DNA from: Vulcanimicrobiaceae bacterium
Lineage (GTDB): Bacteria > Verrucomicrobiota > Verrucomicrobiia > Limisphaerales > Palsa-1400
Length of the DNA: 64,000 nt
Direction of reading: 5' to 3'
Assembly (NCBI GenBank): GCA_035511075.1
Contig: DATKFW010000005.1
Location: 86,108 to 150,107 of the forward strand
This document shows positions 1 to 8,490 of this stretch, piece after piece; positions within the stretch are counted from its first letter, which is position 1, and every line of letters starts with the position of its first letter. The position numbers and the translations under genes are program-made. A model generated the notes under the pieces. It made no database searches and was not told the DNA's origin. It worked only from the letters and a program-made list of their open reading frames with translations.

Positions 1-273
1 CGGCTTTGGCCCCGCGACGCCTTGAATGTCCACGAAATCAGCGGTCCATGGCGCATCGACCCACGCGGCGTCGTCCGGCTTTCCGTCAACGACAATTGGC
101 GTGGCAATGTGGCGGCAGAGGTAACTTTGTGGAACGATAGGCTCCATTCTTTCCCGCCACTCATCGGATTTGGCGTCGTCGCATCGCCAAACGGCAGCCC
201 ACGTCAACGCCAAAATCAAAATGAAACCGCACCTCGTCTCACGGAAATGCGGAATGCTTCGTTGTCTTTTCAT
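1..273 (-). CDS. Partial CDS (N-terminal 91 codons; continues beyond window start): secreted protein with carbohydrate-binding family 9 (CBM9/DOMON-type)-like start
   Basis: Open-ended minus-strand frame absent from the ORF track. ATG at 273..271 gives MKRQRSIPHFRETRCGFILILALTWAAVW (signal-peptide-like), then YLCRHIATPIVVDGKPDDAAWVDAPWTADFVDIQG. There is no stop in 91 codons. The P-I-x-V-DG-K-x-DD-x-x-W...W...F pattern recalls CBM9-like domains (from memory). Confidence 0.5.
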   Translation of the reverse strand, partial: MKRQRSIPHFRETRCGFILILALTWAAVWRCDDAKSDEWRERMEPIVPQSYLCRHIATPIVVDGKPDDAAWVDAPWTADFVDIQGVAGPKP

Positions 274-469
274 GATGGCGTCGGATAAAATTCTCAACGT
301 CGCGTGCGCTGTTTGCCGACTCTGTAACAGCAATTCCGGGGCGCTTCAAGTGAGAAGCGATTAAGAATTTGGCCGGACAATGCGCGATAAAGGTTTGGAG
401 CAGAGGCTCCCTGAGCGCAATGCCCTTGCTAAGGCATTGACAATGTGGCAAAGTTAATGTCTACTATAT

Positions 470-486
470 ATTAGTAACATTAGTAA
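470..486 (+). repeat. Direct repeat ATTAGTAA x2 (9-bp register) immediately upstream of the cysI start, within an AT-rich island
   Basis: ATTAGTAAcATTAGTAA at 470-486. TTGACA lies at 437-442 and TATATA/TATATT at 465-472. The function (operator, promoter element or leader) is unknown. Confidence 0.4.
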
Positions 487-493
487 GTCACTT

Positions 494-2170
494 ATGATTG
501 CCCCGGAAACAGCTCCGAAGCCGACTCGCAACGAAGGTCTCAAGACCCGTGATCCGTTGCTCGTTGGCACGATCCGACAGACTTTGGACGACTCTGCCAA
601 AGACCGATTTTCGGAGGACGATTACGAGTTCCTGAAGTTTCACGGAATCTATCAACAGGACGACCGCGATAAGCGCAAAATAGCTAAACAGTATATATTC
701 ATGGTTCGTGGGCGGCTGCCGGGCGGTTCTCTCAATCCTGATGTTTACCTGGCATTTGATCGTCTGTGCCAGCAATTCGGCAATAACACGCTTCGGATCA
801 CGACCCGCCAGGGTTTTCAATTTCACGGCATCACCAAAGGCGGTCTTGGAGGGTTTATGAAGGGGCTCAATGAGGCGATGGCGACGACTCTTGCCGCGTG
901 CGGCGACGTTAATCGCAACGTCATGGCGGCTCCCACTCCGGCGGCCAGCCCGCTGGTGGATGAAATCCAGCACCATGCAAAGACCGTGTCCGACGCCCTC
1001 CTGCCCAGGACCCGCGCCTATCATCAAATCTGGGTCGAGGGCGTGGAATTGAAGTTGACCGCGCAAGACGAATCCTTTGTCGATCCGCTCTACGGCAAAT
1101 CGTATTTGCCGCGCAAGTTCAAGGTGGCGTTTGCGATTCCTCCCCTCAACGACATCGATGTTTTTACAAATGACTGCGGATTTGTCGCGATTATCGAAGA
1201 GGGCCGTCTGGCCGGTTACAATCTTCTGGCCGGCGGCGGCCTTGGCATGAGCCACGGAAACGCGCAGACGTATCCGCGGCTTGCCGATGTTATCGGTTTT
1301 GTCACGCCCGGCCAGGTCGTTGAGACGGCCAAGGGTGTGGTCACGATCCATCGCGACTTTGGCGATCGCACCAACCGTAAGCACGCCCGGCTCAAGTATG
1401 TGATCGAAGAGCGCGGTGTTCCATGGTTCCGCCAGGAATTGGAACGGCGCCTGGGCTTCGATCTGGCGCCGGCGCGCCCGTTTGAATTCACCATTCAGGG
1501 CGACCTCTATGGATGGCGCCAACAATTCGACGGCAATTATTTTCTCGGGCTTTTCGTGGAAAATGGCCGCATCAAGGACGCGGGCGATTACCGCCTCAAG
1601 ACTGGCCTGCGCAGCGTGGTGGAACGGTTTAAACCGGATTTGCGTCTAACGCCTTCGCAGAACATTTTGCTTGTCAACATCAAGGCGGAGGACCGGAACG
1701 GGATCACCGAGGTGCTGGCGGCGCACGGCGTGCCGGTGGAGGACCAGGGCACCGTCATTCGCCGGGCTTCCATCGCTTGTCCGGCGTTGCCGACGTGCGG
1801 GCTGGCGCTGGCAGAATCTGAACGGGTGATGCCGGATATCTTGACGCGCCTGGAGCAATTGCTTGCGGAAGTGGGTCTGGACGGCGAGGAGATCATCATT
1901 CGGATGACCGGCTGCCCCAACGGTTGCGCGCGTCCCTACACGGCGGAGCTGGCGCTGGTAGGCAAGGCACCCGGAAAATATCAACTTTACCTCGGCGGCA
2001 ACCAGTCCGGCACGCGACTAGGCGCCCTTTACAGGGAAAGCGTCAAGAATGAGGACTTGGTCAATGAATTGCGTCCGTTGTTCAGTCGGTTCGCGCGCGA
2101 ACGCATCGGCGCAGAGCGGTTCGGGGACTTTTCCCAGCGCGTCCTGTTGCCGGAAAAACTCGCGGTCTAA
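494..2170 (+). CDS. cysI: Sulfite reductase hemoprotein (siroheme/4Fe-4S; CysI / ferredoxin-type Sir)
   Basis: 558-aa ORF with nitrite/sulfite-reductase cluster motifs (CPALPTCGLA ... TGCPNGCARP) and length typical of CysI/Sir. Its stop overlaps the cysH start (TAATG at 2168-2172). No cysJ flavoprotein gene is in the window. Confidence 0.92.
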   Translation: MIAPETAPKPTRNEGLKTRDPLLVGTIRQTLDDSAKDRFSEDDYEFLKFHGIYQQDDRDKRKIAKQYIFMVRGRLPGGSLNPDVYLAFDRLCQQFGNNTLRITTRQGFQFHGITKGGLGGFMKGLNEAMATTLAACGDVNRNVMAAPTPAASPLVDEIQHHAKTVSDALLPRTRAYHQIWVEGVELKLTAQDESFVDPLYGKSYLPRKFKVAFAIPPLNDIDVFTNDCGFVAIIEEGRLAGYNLLAGGGLGMSHGNAQTYPRLADVIGFVTPGQVVETAKGVVTIHRDFGDRTNRKHARLKYVIEERGVPWFRQELERRLGFDLAPARPFEFTIQGDLYGWRQQFDGNYFLGLFVENGRIKDAGDYRLKTGLRSVVERFKPDLRLTPSQNILLVNIKAEDRNGITEVLAAHGVPVEDQGTVIRRASIACPALPTCGLALAESERVMPDILTRLEQLLAEVGLDGEEIIIRMTGCPNGCARPYTAELALVGKAPGKYQLYLGGNQSGTRLGALYRESVKNEDLVNELRPLFSRFARERIGAERFGDFSQRVLLPEKLAV

Positions 2171-2934
2171 TGCAAACGGCAATCCCAACACAGGAATCCG
2201 GCAAGCTGACGGCGCGCGACGTGGCGGCGCTGGAGGCGCAGTTTTCCAACATGGAAACCGAGGACATCCTGGGCTGGGCCTGGAACCGTTTTGGGGCGCG
2301 CGCGGCCATCGGCACGAGCTTCCAGGGGTCCGGCCTGGTCATGATGCACGTGGCCAAGGCGTCGGGCCTGGAATTTCCAGTATTTACACTTGACACCGGA
2401 TTGCTCTTTCCCGAAACATTGCAGTTGCACAAGCGGCTGGAGGATTTCTTCGGGTGGAAAATTGAATCCATTGTTCCCGATCTCACGGTGGAGCAGCAGG
2501 CCGGGGCGTACGGCCCGGAATTGTGGACGCGTGATCCGGATCTTTGCTGCACGATGCGCAAGGTGCTGCCCCTCCAATCCAAGCTGCAGGACTTGGATTG
2601 CTGGATCACGGGCTTGCGCCGGAGCCAATCGGAGGCCCGCGCGCGCATCGGCGTAATCGAGCTTTACGCGTTGAACGGCGCCAGCGGGCCTGACATTGTC
2701 AAATTGAATCCGATGGCAAATTGGTCGCGCGAGGAAATCTGGGAGTATATCCGGAAGCACAATATTCCCCACAGCCCGCTTTACGCCCAGGGCTACCGCT
2801 CCATCGGCTGCATGACCTGCACACGCAAGAGCGGCAATGAGGAAGGGGAACGGGCCGGGCGCTGGACGGGCTTTAAGAAGGTCGAATGCGGCATCCACAC
2901 ATTCATGTCGCGCAAGATCGATTTCGAGATTTGA
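2170..2934 (+). CDS. cysH: Adenylylsulfate (APS) reductase, thioredoxin-dependent, Fe-S type CysH
   Basis: 254 aa, PAPS-reductase fold. Carries the C-terminal catalytic motif VECGIH (ECG[LI]H). Also carries the cysteine pairs [12 protein letters not shown] and SIGCMTCT (CC...CxxC) that distinguish Fe-S APS reductases from PAPS reductases. Confidence 0.9.
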   Translation: MQTAIPTQESGKLTARDVAALEAQFSNMETEDILGWAWNRFGARAAIGTSFQGSGLVMMHVAKASGLEFPVFTLDTGLLFPETLQLHKRLEDFFGWKIESIVPDLTVEQQAGAYGPELWTRDPDLCCTMRKVLPLQSKLQDLDCWITGLRRSQSEARARIGVIELYALNGASGPDIVKLNPMANWSREEIWEYIRKHNIPHSPLYAQGYRSIGCMTCTRKSGNEEGERAGRWTGFKKVECGIHTFMSRKIDFEI

Positions 2935-2950
2935 GCGACGACGGAAAACC

Positions 2951-4846
2951 ATGGATCACCCACATTCAAACGCACCCTCCGAACAGTTGAAAATTGTCAT
3001 TGTCGGCCACGTGGATCACGGCAAATCGACGCTGGTGGGCCGGCTCTTCCACGACACCGGCTCCCTGCCCGAGGGCAAACTGGAACAATTGCGCGCCGTG
3101 GCCGAGCGCCGGGGCGTCCCGTTTGAATGGGCAAACCTGATGGACGCCCTCCAGTCCGAGCGCGACCAGAACATCACCATCGACACCTCGCAAATCTGGT
3201 TTCAAACCAGGAAGCGGCAGTACGTTATTATTGACGCTCCGGGCCACAAGGAATTTCTCAAGAACATGATCACCGGCGCGGCCAATGCCGAGGCCGCCCT
3301 TCTGCTCATCGACGCCGGCGAGGGGGTCCAGGAACAATCCCGGCGCCACGGTTATTTGCTCTCCCTCCTGGGGATCCGCCAGATCGTTGTCCTTGTCAAT
3401 AAAATGGACCTGTGCGATTATTCGCGAGGGCGCTTCGATGAAATTGAAACCACCTTCCGCGCTTTTCTCACGTCCATCGGCGTTGAACCCAAATGTTTCA
3501 TCCCCATTGCCGCCCGCCACGGCGACAACATCGCCGCGCACGGCGACAAAATGCCCTGGTGGACCGGTCCGACGGTGCTGGACGCACTGGACCAGTTCGA
3601 ACCGGCGGCGCGCCCCGTGGGACAGCCGTTGCGGTTCCCGATCCAGGATGTTTACCGCTTTGACGAGCGCCGCATCCTGGCGGGGCGGGTCGAATCAGGT
3701 GCGCTGAACGTCGGGGACCGGCTGGTTTTTGTGCCCACCAACAAGATCAGCACTGTCAAGACGATCGAACGGTGGAGCGCGCCCGCGACGGATCGGGCCG
3801 AGGCGGGAGAATCGATCGGAATCACGCTCACGGAGCAGATTTTCGTCGCGCGCGGGGCCGTCGCCGCGCTGGAGACCGCGCCGCCATATGACTTGGCCCG
3901 GTTCAAAGCCCGGATTTTTTGGCTGGGCCGCGCCCCATTCATGCCGGGAAAAACTTACAAACTCAAACTGGCCACCCAGGAGGTCGAATGCCAGATTGAC
4001 TCCGTCCAGCGTGTCATCGACTCCTCAACGCTGGAGACCATTGCGCGGCCGGAAGGGTTTGTCGGCAGAAACGAAGTGGCGGAGCTGACGCTCCACGCCA
4101 AACGGCCGGTCGCCTTCGACATTCATTCGGATATCGTCGCCACGGGCCGCTTTGTTATAGTTGACGGGTTCGAGGTCTCGGGCGGCGGCATCGTCGCCGA
4201 GGACAACTACCCGCGCCGCACGCCCGACAGCCTTCATAAGAGTCATAATATTTACTGGAGCCAGGGCAAAGTCACCGGCGCCCAGCGCAGCTTGCGCAAC
4301 GGCCACGCCGGCTGTGTCGTCTGGCTGACGGGTTTGTCCGCTTCCGGCAAATCGACGATCGCCATCAACCTGGAGCGCGAACTTTTCAACCTGGGCCAGC
4401 ACGCCTACCTCCTGGATGGCGACAATATCCGGCATGGCCTCTGTTCGGACCTTGGTTTTTCGCCCCAGGACCGAAAGGAAAACATCCGGCGCGTCGGCGA
4501 GGCGGCGAAGCTTTTTGCCGATGCCGGAATCATCTGCATTACGGCGTTCATTTCGCCGTATCGATCGGACCGCGAACTGGTGCGGCAGTTGATGCCTTCG
4601 GGGCAATTCATCGAGGTTTATGTCAACGCGCCGCTGGAAGTCTGCGAAGCGCGCGACCCAAAAGGTCTGTACGCCAAGGCCCGCGCGCACCAGATCAAGG
4701 AATTCACCGGCATCTCCGCTCCTTACGAAACCCCGGAGCAACCGGAGATCGAATTGTGGACAGACCAATTGAGCGTCGACGAATCCGTTGCGCGCGTCGT
4801 TGAGTACCTCAACGTCCGCGACACCGACGCGGAGATTACCATTTAG
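2951..4846 (+). CDS. cysNC: Bifunctional sulfate adenylyltransferase subunit 1 (GTPase CysN) / APS kinase (CysC)
   Basis: Internal ATG at 2951 ([29 protein letters not shown]1 motif) was chosen over the 2837 ORF start, which overlaps cysH. The C-terminal ~200 aa has an APS-kinase P-loop ([11 protein letters not shown]). Total 631 aa, typical of CysNC fusions. Confidence 0.92.
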   Translation: MDHPHSNAPSEQLKIVIVGHVDHGKSTLVGRLFHDTGSLPEGKLEQLRAVAERRGVPFEWANLMDALQSERDQNITIDTSQIWFQTRKRQYVIIDAPGHKEFLKNMITGAANAEAALLLIDAGEGVQEQSRRHGYLLSLLGIRQIVVLVNKMDLCDYSRGRFDEIETTFRAFLTSIGVEPKCFIPIAARHGDNIAAHGDKMPWWTGPTVLDALDQFEPAARPVGQPLRFPIQDVYRFDERRILAGRVESGALNVGDRLVFVPTNKISTVKTIERWSAPATDRAEAGESIGITLTEQIFVARGAVAALETAPPYDLARFKARIFWLGRAPFMPGKTYKLKLATQEVECQIDSVQRVIDSSTLETIARPEGFVGRNEVAELTLHAKRPVAFDIHSDIVATGRFVIVDGFEVSGGGIVAEDNYPRRTPDSLHKSHNIYWSQGKVTGAQRSLRNGHAGCVVWLTGLSASGKSTIAINLERELFNLGQHAYLLDGDNIRHGLCSDLGFSPQDRKENIRRVGEAAKLFADAGIICITAFISPYRSDRELVRQLMPSGQFIEVYVNAPLEVCEARDPKGLYAKARAHQIKEFTGISAPYETPEQPEIELWTDQLSVDESVARVVEYLNVRDTDAEITI

Positions 4847-4951
4847 CGCCTGCTCGAGGTCCTGAACCACCGGCTCTCCTTTCATGACCGCCTTGCATCG
4901 GGGCGCGCGTTTCCACTTTTCCCTTCCTCGAGGCGAAGATTTCGGAGGCGG

Positions 4952-6427
4952 TTACAGCGTCTTCTTGAGCGCCTTGACTTTTTCGGCCTCGGGTTTGGTG
5001 GCGTAAAATTTGTCCAGCGGATAGCAGCCGCTGATCATTCCGTTTCGCGGGGCCGTCGTGCAATCGCTGAACGTGCGGCAGACGGATTTCGCGTTGAGGG
5101 CGCCTTTCTCCAAAGTGTCCGCCGGCAGCGTCGGATAACTTAGAATCATCCGGCCCAGGCCGATCATGTCAGCCCACCTCTGGCGCACGACGGCCTGCGC
5201 GACGGCGGGCAGGAATTCCTGCAGGTAGCTATACGCCGAACCTATAATGACCAGTCCCCGCGGAGCTTTCATCTTGACTTGACGCGTCGCGTCGATCTGC
5301 CGCGCCACCTCGATCAATGGATCGCGGGGGGGCTGGTAGCCGTCGGAGGGTGGATAGGCGGCGGGGCGCTGGACGTGGGGACAATAATAGGGCGAGCCAG
5401 CCGTGATATTGAGGATTTTGATTCCGAGCCGGGCGCAGAGTTGCGCGAATTGCTGGGTCTCGGCCAGGTCGTGCTCGAGCGGGTTTTGTTGATTGACGCC
5501 AAATCCGTAAGTATAAGGCACGGGGAAATCGTCGGGAATGCCGGGGCCAAGCTTGCCGGCTTCCGCGCGCGACGGGTCGGGTTTAAAAGGCACGGTGTCG
5601 AAGGCGCTCAAGCGGACGCCGATCTCGATCTTGTTGCCGCCGGCGCGGATTCCTTCGACAATCTCGCGCAGGATGCGCGTGCGGTTTTCAAACGGCCCGC
5701 CGAATTCCCCCGGCCGGGTGAAGGCGCCCAGGAAATCGTGGAGCAGATATCCATGGCAATGCTTGATGTCCACAAAATCGGCTCCGACATCCCACGCGAT
5801 TCTGGCCGCCTTGACGTAGTCGCCGATTAACCCGTGGATTTGCGCGTCTGTGAACACTTGCGCGTCGCCGGTAACCTGGAATTTTCTGTCAAGACTCGGA
5901 TGGCGCCAGGCCACGCGCGATTCGAGCCGTTTATCATTAGGCCGGCAAAAGCGCCCGGAGTGGGTCAATTGAAATCCGATGACCAGGTCATCAGCCGTTC
6001 CGTAGATTTGGCGGTGGGCCCCAAGCAGTGTATCCCGGAGTCTGGCCAAATCGGCTTTGTTCTCCTCCTGGATGATGAGTTGGTTGGGATTGGCCCGTCC
6101 GTCGGGGCGGACGGCCATCGCCTCGCCGCCGCAGATGAGTTTGGCGCCGCTCTGGCCGAAGCGCGTCCAGCGCCGCAACACTTCGTCAGTCAACCCGCCG
6201 GTGCGGGTGCCGTCCCAGCCTTCCATCGGTTGCACGGCGAAACGGTTGCCGATTTTCTTGCCGTTGATCGATACGCCTTCGACGGGGCTGCTGAGGGGAG
6301 AACCCGGGGCGGTTTGGATTTTATCATCGCAAGGCAGGTTCAGGCCGAGCGAAGCGGCGTATTTGCGAAAATTGTCGGGCGTCTTGAGCGTCGGCACCCG
6401 CACCCAGTCCACTTTTGATTGGGGCAT
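4952..6427 (-). CDS. NADH:flavin oxidoreductase, Old Yellow Enzyme family (2,4-dienoyl-CoA-reductase-like N-domain)
   Basis: 491 aa. Shows OYE hallmarks (GGEAMAV..., DFVDIKHCHGYLLHDFL, GRMILSYP). A Cys-containing C-terminal tail follows (CRTFSDCTTAPRNGMISGC). Confidence 0.82.
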   Translation of the reverse strand: MPQSKVDWVRVPTLKTPDNFRKYAASLGLNLPCDDKIQTAPGSPLSSPVEGVSINGKKIGNRFAVQPMEGWDGTRTGGLTDEVLRRWTRFGQSGAKLICGGEAMAVRPDGRANPNQLIIQEENKADLARLRDTLLGAHRQIYGTADDLVIGFQLTHSGRFCRPNDKRLESRVAWRHPSLDRKFQVTGDAQVFTDAQIHGLIGDYVKAARIAWDVGADFVDIKHCHGYLLHDFLGAFTRPGEFGGPFENRTRILREIVEGIRAGGNKIEIGVRLSAFDTVPFKPDPSRAEAGKLGPGIPDDFPVPYTYGFGVNQQNPLEHDLAETQQFAQLCARLGIKILNITAGSPYYCPHVQRPAAYPPSDGYQPPRDPLIEVARQIDATRQVKMKAPRGLVIIGSAYSYLQEFLPAVAQAVVRQRWADMIGLGRMILSYPTLPADTLEKGALNAKSVCRTFSDCTTAPRNGMISGCYPLDKFYATKPEAEKVKALKKTL

Positions 6428-6451
6428 AGCTTGTAAAGGATAGGATGCCTA

Positions 6452-7135
6452 TCAAACGCGGGCGAGTGGAAAACGGTGCTCGACGGTTCCTTCGCGCATA
6501 TACGGCTTGGTTTCGGTGGTCAGGAGAAGTTCGTCGATCAGGATTTCAACCGGTTGAGCCGTGCCGGCTGCTTCCTCAAAATCGGCGGCAAATCGCGCAA
6601 GGTCGGATGGCGCGGACTTAAAGCGCATGACGGTGCTGTGAACGATTGCCGGCACGTTCAAGCCGGCGCGAGTGAATTTCCCGTGCAACTCCTTGTCCGC
6701 TTCAAGCGCCGCCGTGACGTCGCGGCGAATGCGGGTGATTTCCCCCGTTGGATCGGATATCGGAAGAATGGCCGCCTTTGGCGTCAACACGGGCGCGCCG
6801 AGGAGCAGCGAAAAGGGCCGGCCCGCCAGCGCCGGGCGCAGGATTTCAATGGCGGACGGGAGGAGCAATTGCAATTGCGCCAGCCGGCTTGCGTCAGGCC
6901 GGCGATGCAGGCTGAAGTTGACGAAGGTGACGATGGTCACGTGCGTTTCCCAGTCTGGATAAACATAGACCGCCGGGTCCAGCGCTGCCAGGCGGCTGGC
7001 AATGGGCCGGTAGAATTGCGCCGCAATCTCCGGGAACGGATAGGCGCAGGCCAGATTGAACCCGAAGACGGGACAATCGGCGTCGGCGCGGAGAAATTCA
7101 TCGATGACGACGCCGTCTTGCAGGTTCTTCATCAT
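6452..7135 (-). CDS. 2H-phosphoesterase superfamily protein (LigT / 2'-5' RNA ligase-like), putative
   Basis: 227 aa with two H-x-T motifs in hydrophobic context about 100 residues apart (ETHVTIVTF and IVHSTVMRF). This is the defining pair of the 2H fold. No other recognisable domain. Confidence 0.55.
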   Translation of the reverse strand: MMKNLQDGVVIDEFLRADADCPVFGFNLACAYPFPEIAAQFYRPIASRLAALDPAVYVYPDWETHVTIVTFVNFSLHRRPDASRLAQLQLLLPSAIEILRPALAGRPFSLLLGAPVLTPKAAILPISDPTGEITRIRRDVTAALEADKELHGKFTRAGLNVPAIVHSTVMRFKSAPSDLARFAADFEEAAGTAQPVEILIDELLLTTETKPYMREGTVEHRFPLARV

Positions 7136-7359
7136 TAGGGCGCCCGAAGGGAAAATTCCGGCGCGTGAGTTCCTGGGGCCAGCCCTGTCAAATCAGGGCG
7201 GGGCGGAATCGCGGCAGAAATTCGCATGACGCCTTTTTAATCTTTAAAGCGCGCGGTTGAAACCTTAAATTGCATCCATGATTCCAGATGAATTCCAGAA
7301 CGTGACGGCTGCGGCGAAGGCCAATATCCCGAGTTCGTTCGTGTAAACCCGATACCAGC

Positions 7360-8490
7360 ATGTCCAAAAGCACTTGCGCCTCGTGCGGCCAGCACATCGA
7401 GTTCCCTGAAGAAATGGCGGGCAAGAAGGTGACATGCCCCAACTGCGGCGCCAAGACGCTGCTGGATTGGCCGGGCGCTGCCGCCATCCGTATCCCCAAA
7501 CAGAAAGACCCGGCGGAGCGCGAGCCGGGGACCTCGCCGGTCGGCGCCGTTGCCGGGCGGATTATCGGCAACATCGAAAAGGTGATCGTTGGCAAGCGCG
7601 CGGAAATTGAATTGACAGTGGTGGCGCTCCTGGCCGAGGGCCATGTCCTGCTGGAGGACGTTCCGGGCGTGGCAAAGACGATGCTGGCCCGCGCTCTGGC
7701 GCGGAGCCTTGGATGCGTTTTCAAACGGATTCAATGCACGCCCGATCTTCTTCCCAACGACATCACCGGAAGCTCCGTTTTCAATCCCAAGACGGCCGAT
7801 TTCGAGTTCCGGCCGGGGCCGGTTTTCGCGCAGGTTCTCCTGGCCGACGAGATCAATCGCGCCACGCCCCGCGCGCAATCGGCGCTGCTGGAAGCGATGG
7901 CGGAGAGGAAGGTGACCAGCGACGGAGTCAATTATGATTTGGCGCCGCCCTTTTTTTTGATCGCCACGCAGAACCCAATCGATCACGAGGGGACTTTCCC
8001 GCTGCCGGAGGCGCAATTGGACCGCTTCCTGGTGCGCCTGAATCTGGGTTACCCGGGCATGGAGGAGGAAATCTCGATGCTGCAACGCTTGCGCCTGCGC
8101 CATCCCATCGACGACCTTGAAGCCGTCGCCGGCGCCGATGACGTGCTCAACTGCCAGCTCGCCGTGCGAGCCGTCCATGCCGACGAAAAGGTGGGCCGAT
8201 ATGTCGTGCAGGTGATTCAGGCGACCCGCGAACATCCCGATCTTTCACTCGGCGGCAGTCCGCGCGCTTCCATGGCGTTGTTGCATTTCGCCCAGGCGTT
8301 CGCGGCGGTGCATGGCTTCGATTTCGTCATGCCGGATGATGTCAAACAAATAGCTCATCATATCCTGGGCCACCGGCTGATCGTGCGTCCGGAAAGCCGC
8401 CTGCGCAAGAAGACTGCGGCCGGGGCGCTGGAGGAGATATTGAACCAGGTGCCGGTCCCGCAAATGGCCGCTACGGCCTTTGCGCGATGA
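7360..8490 (+). CDS. MoxR-family AAA+ ATPase with N-terminal CxxC...CxxC zinc-ribbon extension
   Basis: 376 aa. The core has Walker A (LEDVPGVAKT), Walker B (LLADEINRA) and FLIATQNPIDHEGTFPLPEAQLDRF, as in MoxR. About 60 extra N-terminal residues contain CASCGQHIEFPEEMAGKKVTCPNCG. Confidence 0.9.
   Translation: MSKSTCASCGQHIEFPEEMAGKKVTCPNCGAKTLLDWPGAAAIRIPKQKDPAEREPGTSPVGAVAGRIIGNIEKVIVGKRAEIELTVVALLAEGHVLLEDVPGVAKTMLARALARSLGCVFKRIQCTPDLLPNDITGSSVFNPKTADFEFRPGPVFAQVLLADEINRATPRAQSALLEAMAERKVTSDGVNYDLAPPFFLIATQNPIDHEGTFPLPEAQLDRFLVRLNLGYPGMEEEISMLQRLRLRHPIDDLEAVAGADDVLNCQLAVRAVHADEKVGRYVVQVIQATREHPDLSLGGSPRASMALLHFAQAFAAVHGFDFVMPDDVKQIAHHILGHRLIVRPESRLRKKTAAGALEEILNQVPVPQMAATAFAR

Noticed and set aside
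22-451. ORF-track ORFs 22..288(+), 170..364(+) and 239..451(-) at the window start
   Set aside because: None has recognisable motifs. The open-ended minus-strand frame 1..273 gives a signal peptide plus a CBM9-like motif and explains the region better. 274-493 is treated as a divergent promoter region.
290-493. Possible SAM/sulfur riboswitch upstream of cysI
   Set aside because: Only two short hairpins are present (GGAGC-AGAG-GCTCC and AATGCC-N8-GGCATT). None of the conserved SAM-I/II/III core sequences I know is present.
488-1525. Long antisense 'shadow' ORFs opposite recognised genes. Examples: 488..1525(-), 7237..8235(-), 12224..13480(-), 14689..16062(+), 16510..17913(+), 29883..31307(+), 34842..36041(-), 39632..40687(-), 41782..42897(-), 45851..47113(+), 57455..59320(+), 59690..60913(+)
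   Set aside because: Each overlaps a gene with strong family motifs on the other strand. Their translations are Arg/Gly/Ala/Pro-rich low-complexity strings typical of non-coding frames in high-GC DNA.
2837-2950. N-terminal extensions implied by the longest-ORF starts (2837, 9766, 22868, 25966, 26557, 32813, 33186, 36725, 40801, 44790)
   Set aside because: The extensions overlap the preceding gene or are basic low-complexity leaders. Internal ATGs give canonical family N-termini (G1 motif, class-III pilin signal, signal peptides, REC start, LeuRS start).
7278-7346. 22-codon mini-ORF (MIPDEFQNVTAAAKANIPSSFV) just upstream of the ZnR-MoxR gene
   Set aside because: It is too short to support from sequence alone, with no Shine-Dalgarno sequence and no recognisable leader-peptide logic.
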